The notes beneath the pieces are model-generated. The model was not told where the DNA came from, made no database searches, and saw nothing but the letters and a program-made list of their open reading frames with translations. Shown here one piece after another: positions 56,475-64,000 of a stretch of DNA of 64,000 bases (its first letter is position 1; the number at the start of each line of letters is the position of its first letter). The DNA is from Polyangiales bacterium (GTDB taxonomy: Bacteria; Myxococcota_A; Polyangia; Polyangiales; Ga0077539): contig JBGARZ010000003.1 of the NCBI GenBank assembly GCA_044229975.1, positions 576,001-640,000 of the forward strand, read 5' to 3'. Made by a program: the position numbers and the translations under genes.

Positions 56475-57494
56475 CTACACGTCCTCGGGGTCGTCGCCCA
56501 CCCCGAGGGTGTCCTCCACCGCGTCGCCGAAGCGCTCGACCAGCCGCGCCCGAAACCTCGCCCGCAGGCCGTTGGCGAGCTGCCCGAGGCGCTGCTTGGT
56601 CTGCCCGAAGCGGGCAGCCAGCTCGGACAGGGGCTTCGGGTCTTCGCCGCGCAGGTGCTCGTCCCACAGCGCGCGCTCCCGCGGGTCGGTGAGCGTTCGA
56701 CCGAACTCATCGGCCAGCTCGCGCAGGGCGCCGAGCACCTCGCGGCCCGCCGCCGCCCGCTCGGGATTGTCCGCGGAGGTCAGCGCTCCGGCGAAGTTGC
56801 CGCCAGGCCCGAGCATCGGCGCGTCGAGGCCCACTTCGCCGCCCGCGAGGGAGGCCGAGACCTCGCGCACGTCGGCCTCGGAGGTGTCGAGGTTGGCCGC
56901 GAGCTGCTTCGGGGTCGGGTCGATGCCCGCGCCGAGGAGGCGTCGACGCTCGCGTTCGAGCTGGAAGAAGAGCTTGCGACCCGCGCGGGTGTTGCCGGTG
57001 TGCACCAGCCGGAAGTTGGTCAACAGGAACCTCAACACGAAGGCCCTGATCCAATACGCGGCGTAGGTGCCGAAGCGCGCCCCCTGGTCGGGCTCCCACC
57101 GCCGTGACGCCTCGACGAGCCCGGTGGAGCCCTCCTGGATGAGGTCGAGGGCGTTGGTCCACTGGCGGCGAAACTCGAAGGCGATGTGCACCACGAGTCG
57201 GAGGTTGTGCACCACCAGCTTGCGCATCGCATCGGCGTCGCCCTCATCGCGCGCGCGTCGGCCGAGGGAGCGCTCCTCCTCCTCGCTGAGCAGGGGGTAG
57301 CGCTTGATCTGATCGAGGAAGCGCCCGATGGCGTCGCGCGGACCGGCCGGGACGATGGCCCGCTCGTCGTCGGGCGAGCGCACCAGCTCACCGCCAATCG
57401 ACTCGACGTCGAGGACCTCGCCGACGAGGGCCTCGTCGTCGTCATCGGGTGTGTTGTTGGAGTCGTCGTGCTCGTCGTCGTCCGGCGCGTTCAC
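56475..57494 (-). CDS. Sigma-70 family factor, RpoH/sigma-32-like
   Basis: YPLLSEEEE, NLRLVV, DLIQEG, RFGTYAAYWIRA, RKLFF (RpoH-box-like). Confidence 0.88.
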   Translation of the reverse strand: MNAPDDDEHDDSNNTPDDDDEALVGEVLDVESIGGELVRSPDDERAIVPAGPRDAIGRFLDQIKRYPLLSEEEERSLGRRARDEGDADAMRKLVVHNLRLVVHIAFEFRRQWTNALDLIQEGSTGLVEASRRWEPDQGARFGTYAAYWIRAFVLRFLLTNFRLVHTGNTRAGRKLFFQLERERRRLLGAGIDPTPKQLAANLDTSEADVREVSASLAGGEVGLDAPMLGPGGNFAGALTSADNPERAAAGREVLGALRELADEFGRTLTDPRERALWDEHLRGEDPKPLSELAARFGQTKQRLGQLANGLRARFRARLVERFGDAVEDTLGVGDDPEDV

Positions 57495-57546
57495 AGCGCG
57501 CGGTGGATAAGCACTTCCGAAGGCGGAGGGAAGGGAACGCGCTGGC

Positions 57547-58872
57547 TTAGTAGCGGTAGTGGTTGGGCTTGAAGGGCCCGGCCACTGGCACGCCGAGGTA
57601 GTCGGCCTGCGCGGTGCTCAGGGTCGAGAGCTCGACGCCGAGCTTGGCGAGGTGGAGCGAGGCGACCTTCTCGTCGAGCTCCTTCGGCAGCACGTGGACG
57701 CCGAGCGGGTACTTGGCCGGCTCGTTCCAGATGGCGAGCTGGGCGAGGCACTGGTTGGTGAAGGAGCTCGACATCACGAACGACGGGTGACCCGTGGCGC
57801 AGCCGAGGTTCATCAGGCGCCCGGAGGCGAGCACGGTGAGGCGCTTGCCGTTGGGGAAGATGTACTGGTCGAGCTGCGGCTTGATGTTCTCCTTCTTGAT
57901 CTCGGGGTGCTTCTCCAGATAGGCGACCTGGATCTCCGAGTCGAAGTGCCCGATGTTGGCGAGGATCGCGCTGTCCTTCATCCGCACCATGTGCTCGCCC
58001 GTGATGACGTCCGAGCAGCCCGTGGCGGTGATGAAGATGTCGGCCGTCTCGACGACGCTCTCCAGGCGACGAACCTCGTAGCCCTCCATCGCCGCCTGGA
58101 GCGCGCAGATGGGGTCGATCTCGGTGATGACCACGCGGGCGCCCATGCCGCGGAGCGACTGCGCGCAGCCCTTGCCCACGTCGCCGTAGCCGCAGACCAC
58201 CGCGAGCTTGCCCGCGACCATCACCTCGGTGGAGCGCTTGAGGCCGTCGAGCAGCGACTCGCGGCAGCCGTAGAGGTTGTCGAACTTCGACTTGGTCACC
58301 GAGTCGTTGACGTTGATGGCGGGGACCTTGAGCGTGCCCTTGCGGTGCATCTCGTACAGGCGGTGCACACCCGTGGTGGTCTCCTCGGAGATGCCGCGAA
58401 CGGGGTCGGCGCCCTCGAAGAGCTGCGGGTACTTGTTGTGGATCAGCACGGTGAGATCACCACCGTCGTCGAGGATCATGTTGGGGCCCTTGCCGCCCTC
58501 GAACGCGTAGATCTGCTGCTCCAGGCACCAGTCGTACTCGGCCTCGGTCTCGCCCTTCCACGCGAACACCGGCACGCCCGTCACCGCGATGGCGGCGGCG
58601 GCCTCGTCCTGCGTCGAGAAGATGTTGCAGCTCGTCCAGGTGACCTCGGCGCCGAGCGCAGTCAGCGTCTCGATGAGCACCGCGGTCTCGATGGTCATGT
58701 GCAGGCAGCCCGCGATGCGCGCGCCCTTGAGCGCCTTCGTCGGACCGAACTCCGCCCGCACGGCCATGAGCCCCGGCATCTCCTTCTCGGCCATGCGGAT
58801 CGCCTTGCGACCGAGCTCCGCCAGCGCGAGATCCTTGACCTTGTACTTCCCAGCCTTCTCGTTGTTGCTCAT
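57547..58872 (-). CDS. ahcY: S-adenosylhomocysteine hydrolase
   Basis: [46 protein letters not shown]. Confidence 0.98.
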   Translation of the reverse strand: MSNNEKAGKYKVKDLALAELGRKAIRMAEKEMPGLMAVRAEFGPTKALKGARIAGCLHMTIETAVLIETLTALGAEVTWTSCNIFSTQDEAAAAIAVTGVPVFAWKGETEAEYDWCLEQQIYAFEGGKGPNMILDDGGDLTVLIHNKYPQLFEGADPVRGISEETTTGVHRLYEMHRKGTLKVPAINVNDSVTKSKFDNLYGCRESLLDGLKRSTEVMVAGKLAVVCGYGDVGKGCAQSLRGMGARVVITEIDPICALQAAMEGYEVRRLESVVETADIFITATGCSDVITGEHMVRMKDSAILANIGHFDSEIQVAYLEKHPEIKKENIKPQLDQYIFPNGKRLTVLASGRLMNLGCATGHPSFVMSSSFTNQCLAQLAIWNEPAKYPLGVHVLPKELDEKVASLHLAKLGVELSTLSTAQADYLGVPVAGPFKPNHYRY

Positions 58873-59918
58873 CGTCTCTTCTCTTTCTTCGCTGCGCTCG
58901 CAGCGACCTTCGTCGTCGATCGATCGTCCCCCGCCACCCTCGCGCTCAGCACCGTCCACGGCACGCCCCGGTCGGGACCGTTGCCGCGCCACGCCGCCGG
59001 AACCTCCACCACCGTCGCCTGCTCCAGGCCCGCCTCGCGCGCGAAGCGGCGCAGCTCGTCGGCCTCGAAGCCCAGCCACAGGTCGGCCTGCTGCGCCCGC
59101 AGCGCCTCGTCGTCGTGCGGACCGTAGTCGAGCACCATCACCGCGCCGCCCGGTCGCGCCAGCGCCGCCATGCGACGGAGCGTGTCGGCTGGCCGCGGCG
59201 CGTGGTGCAGCACCCTCGACGCAAACACCACATCAGCCCCGACCGGGCACAGCTTCTTCAGCGCCCGCCGCACCTCGACACCATCGACCTCGCCCTCGAC
59301 GAGCTCGACGTTGTCGAACCCGCGCTGCGCCACGCGCTCGGCGCTCATCGCGAGCTGCGCGCCCGCCCGATCGATGGCCAGCACCCGCGTGAACACCGGC
59401 GCCAGGATCTCCAGCAGTCGACCGTCACCCGTGCCCACGTCGACCGCGAGCGCGCGCTGCGGGATGAGCGGCGCTAGCGCCAGGAGGTAGGCCGCGAGCT
59501 CGGGCGGCGGGCCGACCACCACCGCGCCCTTCGACGAGCGCGCGAAGAACTCCCGCGTCGAGCGCTCGCGCGCCCCCACCACGTCGGCGACCCGCGCGAG
59601 GCTGCCGTCCTTGTCGCAGAGCGAGCGCCCGGTGCGCAGCGCGTCTTCGACCACGGCGTCTCTGCGCCCCTCGCCCGCCACCTGCACGAGAGCCCAGGTG
59701 CCGTGACGACGCACCTGCACCAGGCCCGCCTGCCGCAGGGCCGCGACGTGGCGCGATACGTTGGGCTGGAGCTCGCCGAGGAGCTCTGCGAGCTCACCCA
59801 CCGCGAGCGCGTCGACCGAGGCGAGCGCCAGCAGCCGCAGACGAACGGGCTCGGACAGGAGCCGGTACAGCTCCCATCGGGCCTGTGGGGTCGGGGCGTT
59901 GGCGAGCTGCGGCTCCAT
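58869..59918 (-). CDS. sahR: ArsR-HTH + SAM-dependent methyltransferase regulator (SahR-like)
   Basis: RLRLL...[30 protein letters not shown]; 4-nt overlap with ahcY. Confidence 0.85.
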   Translation of the reverse strand: MEPQLANAPTPQARWELYRLLSEPVRLRLLALASVDALAVGELAELLGELQPNVSRHVAALRQAGLVQVRRHGTWALVQVAGEGRRDAVVEDALRTGRSLCDKDGSLARVADVVGARERSTREFFARSSKGAVVVGPPPELAAYLLALAPLIPQRALAVDVGTGDGRLLEILAPVFTRVLAIDRAGAQLAMSAERVAQRGFDNVELVEGEVDGVEVRRALKKLCPVGADVVFASRVLHHAPRPADTLRRMAALARPGGAVMVLDYGPHDDEALRAQQADLWLGFEADELRRFAREAGLEQATVVEVPAAWRGNGPDRGVPWTVLSARVAGDDRSTTKVAASAAKKEKRR

Positions 59919-59930
59919 CCGGGGATCGGT

Positions 59931-59950
59931 ATATACGTCCATACGAATGT
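59931..59950. promoter_or_regulatory. Putative SahR operator (imperfect 20-bp palindrome)
   Basis: ATATACGT-CCAT-ACGAATGT, arms matching at 6/8; AT-rich in a GC-rich genome; 12 bp upstream of sahR. Confidence 0.55.
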
Positions 59951-60087
59951 CTGCAAGCACCGACCGTGACTCGGGTCATCCGCGGGCATTCCGAGGCTGC
60001 GGGGAGCGTCTCTGCTAGCGACGGGCGGACGTTTGCTCATAGAGTCCGACCCGTTCGGCGGACGCTGAACAGGGAGTGTTTTGACCC

Positions 60088-63030
60088 ATGGCAGGTGCCG
60101 CACCGACCGCGAAGCCAGCGCCCTTTCTCCGACCCCTCGACCGCCTCGACCGGGGCGTGTTGCTGGCGGAGAGCTCGCTGAGCCTGGTCATCGTTGTCTT
60201 CATGCTGTTCGCGGCGGTCTCGGAGTCCGCGTTCCGCATCATCCAGAACTGGTCGACCTTCGCGCGCATCGGGCTGTGCGCCGCTATCTGGCTGCTGCTC
60301 GTTGGGCTCAAGCTCTCCGGCGCGCCCAACGAGCCGGCACCCGCCGAAGGTCTGCTGAAGCGCCTGCTCGGGAAGGAACTCCCGCGTCGCGTCGCCGTGA
60401 ACCAGGCCGTGATGATGTTCGTGCCGGTGGCCTTCGGGCTCGGCGCGCTCACCGAGTGGCTCATGCGCGCCGTGCTCCCCATCGCCTCCGACGTGCTGCT
60501 CCACGGAACCATGTGGGCCGCCTTCCTCGGCGCGAGCTTCGCGACGCGCGGCCGCAAGCACCTCGCCATCGACGCCCTCTCACGCCTTCTCCCCGACCGC
60601 GGCCGTCGCCTCGTCGTGGGCGTCTCCGCGACCATGGGCGCCTTCGTGGCGTTTGCGCTCGCGTCCGGCATCAACCGCTGCCTGCACGAGGCCACCGTGC
60701 AGGTCGCGCAGACCCTCATCGAAAACCAGCGCAACGGCGTGGTCAGCTCCGTCGACCAGTCGTTTCAGTTCCAGTACGTGATCCCGGCGGGCTTCCTCTT
60801 CATCGGGCTGCGCCTCGCGCTGCACGGGTTCCACGAGTTCGTCGCGGGCCTCGCCAACTACAAGGCCCCCGCGGGCGAAGCCCCCATCGACCCCGCGAAG
60901 GTCGACCCCGTGGCCGCCGCACACGAGGGCGCCGTGGTCGAAGAGGCCAAGGCCCCGCCCGCCATCGACCGCGCCGACGCCACCGAGGTGGGCATCGCCC
61001 TCGGCGCGCTCGTCGCGCTCGTCGCGGCCTGCTCGGCGGGCGCTGCCACCGTCGTGAAGCCCGCGATCTTCATGAGCGTGCTCGCCGCGATCACCCTCGT
61101 GGTTCCGCTCATCAACCGCAAGCGCGCGACGGGCTCCTACGACCCGCCTCACCCCGACGTCTACGAGCCGGTGCAGGGGCAGACGCAGCACTTCGCCATC
61201 GCCGCCGTGGTGGTGCTCGGCATCCTCGCCGCGATGCGCTTCGGCCTCGCGCCGCACATCGCCACCATCCCGCTGACGGCCGGCGTGGCGTTCTTCGCGG
61301 TGATGGCCCTCCTCGGGGCGCCGCTCTTCAGCTTCCTCGGCGGCATGGGCCTGTTCCTCTTCGTGAAGCACCTGCTGAGCGAGGGCGACGCCAACAGCCA
61401 CGCCAACGTCTTCGCCAACTCGGTCGAGGACATCCTCGGCAACCACTTCGCCCGCATGAGCGTGCTCGCCACGATCCCGCTCTTCACCCTCGCGGGCTAC
61501 ATCATGTCCGAGTCGCGCATGCCCCAGCGGCTCGTGCGCGTCTCCCGAGCCCTCCTCGGGTGGATGCCCGGCGGCCTCGCCGTCGTGTGCGTCTTCGCGT
61601 CGGCGTTCTTCACCATCTTCTCGGGCGCGTCGGGCATCACCATCGTCGCCGTCGGCGGGCTCCTCGTCCCGGCGCTCCTGCGTGACAAGTACCCCGAGAA
61701 GTTCTCCCTCGGCCTCGTCACCGCGGGCGGCGCGCTCGGCATCACCGTGCCGCCGTGCCTGCCGCTCATCGTCTACGGCATCGTCGCCGGCCTCCAGGAG
61801 CCCGCCCCCGGGCAGGAGCGCCTCGAGCTCCAGAAGTTCCTCGTGGTGGGCCTCGTGCCAGGGCTCGTCGCCATCGGCGTGGTCATCGTCTACTGCGTCG
61901 TCGTCGGCGTCATCTCGAAGGTGCCACGCTCGCGCTTCGACTGGGCTGAGGCCAAGGCCGCGCTGTGGGAAGCCAAGTGGGAGCTCATCCTCCCCGTCTT
62001 CCTCCTCACCGGCCTCGTGAAGGGCATCTTCAACCCGTCGCAAGCGGCAGCCTTCACGGCCTTCTACGTCGTCGTCATGGAGGTCTTCGTCTACCGCGAC
62101 CTCACCATCCGCAACGACCTCCCGCGCATCATCCCGGAGTCCATGGTGCTCGTCGGCGCCATCTTCGTGAAGCTCTGCGCGGCGACGGTGCTCGTCGGCT
62201 ACTTCGTTCAGGCGCAGATCGCCGACCGCCTCTTCGAGTGGCTCACCTGCGGGCCGCCCGCGCTCGCGTACATGCACGCGCACGCCGACTCCATCGGCAC
62301 CTGCCGCGAGGCCGTCGACATCCTCGGCCAGCAGCACCAGTCCGCCGGCGGGCTCATCGACTCGAAGCTCTCGTTCCTCATCGCGCTCAACTTCTTCCTG
62401 CTGTTGATCGGGATGTTGATGGACATCTTCTCGGCCATCGTGGTCGTGGTGCCCCTCATCGCGGGCATCGCGCTCCACTTCAACATCAACCCCTATCACC
62501 TGGGCATCGTCTTCCTGATGAACCTGGAGATCGGGTACCTGATGCCGCCGATGGGCCTGAACCTCTTCATCGCGGGGTTCCGCTTCAACCGCCCGGTGCC
62601 CGACCTCTACAAGATGGTGATGCCCTTCATCGCTCTCTTCGTCGGCGCGCTGATGATCGTGACCTACGTCCCGTGGCTCACGACGTTCACCATCCCGCGC
62701 CCCACGGCGGCGACCGCTCCGGTGGTCCTGCCCGGCGCGCCCACGGCCAACACCGCCAACCCGACGGCACCCGGCCCCGACCAGGCGCCCGGCGCCCGCA
62801 ACTGCGACACCCCCGGCGAGGACGAGTCCTTCGACGACTTCACGCGGCGTTGCAGCGGCGGCGACGATGGCGGTGGCGCGGCCCCGACCCCGGCCGCGGC
62901 CAACTGCGACACGCCCGGCGAGAGCGAGTCCTTCGACGACTTCACGCGACGCTGCGGCGGTGCCGACGCTGGCGCCGCTCCGGTCGACGGCGCTGCGACC
63001 GCGAGCGACGCCGTCGCGACCGGCGGCTGA
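60088..63030 (+). CDS. Fused TRAP transporter DctQ-DctM permease
   Basis: WAAFLGASFAT...HLAID (DctQ); IPLFTLAG, SGASG, G..G...PP, MPPMGLNLF (DctM). Confidence 0.9.
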   Translation: MAGAAPTAKPAPFLRPLDRLDRGVLLAESSLSLVIVVFMLFAAVSESAFRIIQNWSTFARIGLCAAIWLLLVGLKLSGAPNEPAPAEGLLKRLLGKELPRRVAVNQAVMMFVPVAFGLGALTEWLMRAVLPIASDVLLHGTMWAAFLGASFATRGRKHLAIDALSRLLPDRGRRLVVGVSATMGAFVAFALASGINRCLHEATVQVAQTLIENQRNGVVSSVDQSFQFQYVIPAGFLFIGLRLALHGFHEFVAGLANYKAPAGEAPIDPAKVDPVAAAHEGAVVEEAKAPPAIDRADATEVGIALGALVALVAACSAGAATVVKPAIFMSVLAAITLVVPLINRKRATGSYDPPHPDVYEPVQGQTQHFAIAAVVVLGILAAMRFGLAPHIATIPLTAGVAFFAVMALLGAPLFSFLGGMGLFLFVKHLLSEGDANSHANVFANSVEDILGNHFARMSVLATIPLFTLAGYIMSESRMPQRLVRVSRALLGWMPGGLAVVCVFASAFFTIFSGASGITIVAVGGLLVPALLRDKYPEKFSLGLVTAGGALGITVPPCLPLIVYGIVAGLQEPAPGQERLELQKFLVVGLVPGLVAIGVVIVYCVVVGVISKVPRSRFDWAEAKAALWEAKWELILPVFLLTGLVKGIFNPSQAAAFTAFYVVVMEVFVYRDLTIRNDLPRIIPESMVLVGAIFVKLCAATVLVGYFVQAQIADRLFEWLTCGPPALAYMHAHADSIGTCREAVDILGQQHQSAGGLIDSKLSFLIALNFFLLLIGMLMDIFSAIVVVVPLIAGIALHFNINPYHLGIVFLMNLEIGYLMPPMGLNLFIAGFRFNRPVPDLYKMVMPFIALFVGALMIVTYVPWLTTFTIPRPTAATAPVVLPGAPTANTANPTAPGPDQAPGARNCDTPGEDESFDDFTRRCSGGDDGGGAAPTPAAANCDTPGESESFDDFTRRCGGADAGAAPVDGAATASDAVATGG

Positions 63031-63040
63031 TCCCGCCTCG

Positions 63041-63418
63041 TTACTGAACCACCACACTCCCCCGGTACATGTTCATCCCGCAGGTGAACGCCAGCGCCCC
63101 CGAGGCTGGCGTCGTCACCGCGACCTCCACCGACTGACCCACCGGCAGATCGCGCTCCAATCCGAGCGACGGGAAGCGCAGCTTCTCGCCGCAGTTGAGC
63201 GCGTCGGCCCGCCGAAACACCAGCGTGAGCGCGCGCCCCGGCGCCGAGCGCACCGTCGACGGGTGGTAGCCCTGGTCGTCGACGGTGATCTCCACGCGGC
63301 CGTTGGCGGGCGCGGTCACCGAGGCGGGCGCAGGCGCAGGGCGGGTCGATGCCTTGGGCTCGCAGGCGATGACGATGAGGCTGAGCGAGAGGGCGCCGAG
63401 GCGCGAAACGGGCGTCAT
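63041..63418 (-). CDS. Cupredoxin-domain lipoprotein
   Basis: IVIAC lipobox; GYHP, NCG, FTCGMNMYRG. Confidence 0.88.
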   Translation of the reverse strand: MTPVSRLGALSLSLIVIACEPKASTRPAPAPASVTAPANGRVEITVDDQGYHPSTVRSAPGRALTLVFRRADALNCGEKLRFPSLGLERDLPVGQSVEVAVTTPASGALAFTCGMNMYRGSVVVQ

Positions 63419-63499
63419 GTTTGATAAGCTCCTGATGGGCGATTGTCGGTCTTGTCGGGACTGTGCCTGCGATCGGGGACCGCTGCTATGGTCGCGCCC

Positions 63500-64000
63500 A
63501 TGAAGGGCCGATGGATTGGTTTGTTCTCTGTGGTGGCGGCTTGTTCGAGCCGTGGCGGATCGCTGGATCTCTTCCTCGACGGAGCGGTGACCTCCGACGT
63601 CACCGCCGTCGATCTGGGCGCCAGCCCCAATGACACGGGCACCAGCCCCAATGACACGGGCACCGGCCCCGACGACGCTGGCTTCCCGACCAACGACGTC
63701 GGGACGCCGCCCACCGACACCGGAACTCCCCCCGTCGACACCGGCCCGATGACCGAGTGCACCATCGACAGCGAGTGCGCCGCGCTCGGTCGGGTGTGCG
63801 ACCGCGTGATGAACCGCTGCGTCGAGTGCATCGCCGACGCCGACTGCGCGCGCGGGCGCTTCTGTCCGCCGTCCCACGTGTGCACGGTGCAGGTCTGCGC
63901 GCCCAACGAGTCGAGCTGCGTCAGCACCAGTCGGCAGTCGGTGTGCAACTCGCGCGGCAGCGCGCAGGTCGAGTCGGCCTGCGCCTCGGGCGAGACGTGC
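63500..64000 (+). CDS. Cys-rich lipoprotein, partial (runs off the window)
   Basis: MKGRWIGLFSVVAAC lipobox; (S/G)PNDTGT repeats (21-bp tandem at 63621-63662); C..D.EC...RCVEC..DADC. Confidence 0.8.
   Translation, partial: MKGRWIGLFSVVAACSSRGGSLDLFLDGAVTSDVTAVDLGASPNDTGTSPNDTGTGPDDAGFPTNDVGTPPTDTGTPPVDTGPMTECTIDSECAALGRVCDRVMNRCVECIADADCARGRFCPPSHVCTVQVCAPNESSCVSTSRQSVCNSRGSAQVESACASGETC

Noticed and set aside
63621..63662. 21-bp tandem repeat as a regulatory element
   Set aside because: It is an in-frame coding repeat (SPNDTGT) in a lipoprotein linker.

Overview
A high-GC chromosomal window that looks myxobacterial (probably Polyangiales-like), judged from a MYXO-CTERM tail, mglC/sgmX orthologues, a kinase-PEGA-Cys-rich cluster and many lipoproteins. 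From left to right: (1) the 5' part of a chemosensory operon (cheA-mcp-cheW-cheR/TPR-cheW, with a CobW GTPase upstream); (2) a GH25 muramidase and an SDR; (3) a DUF2357/PD-(D/E)XK nuclease, a LOG protein and a DNA amino-methyltransferase; (4) an HTTM gene pair; (5) a complete Tad/Flp pilus operon with an FHA-fused ATPase, resembling the Kil predation apparatus; (6) a ~7 kb accessory block containing a 217-bp palindrome, a 41/42-bp phased palindrome array that starts at the stop codon of an unknown helical gene, two FGE-fold lipoproteins, Uma2 and xisH-xisI; (7) a second CpaF/FHA module; (8) a duplicated-domain gene paired with a J-domain gene; (9) the mglC-aroQ-accB-accC-sgmX locus and tsaB-dtd-astA-ftsB; (10) an unannotated 56-aa lipoprotein ORF and a SecY-like/SecD-P1 fusion; (11) a GAF-GGDEF cyclase, a kinase/PEGA/Cys-rich triad, an RpoH-like sigma factor, sahR-ahcY and a fused TRAP permease. 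No rRNA, tRNA, CRISPR array, transposase or integrase was recognised. All family calls come from motifs recognised by eye, not from database searches.
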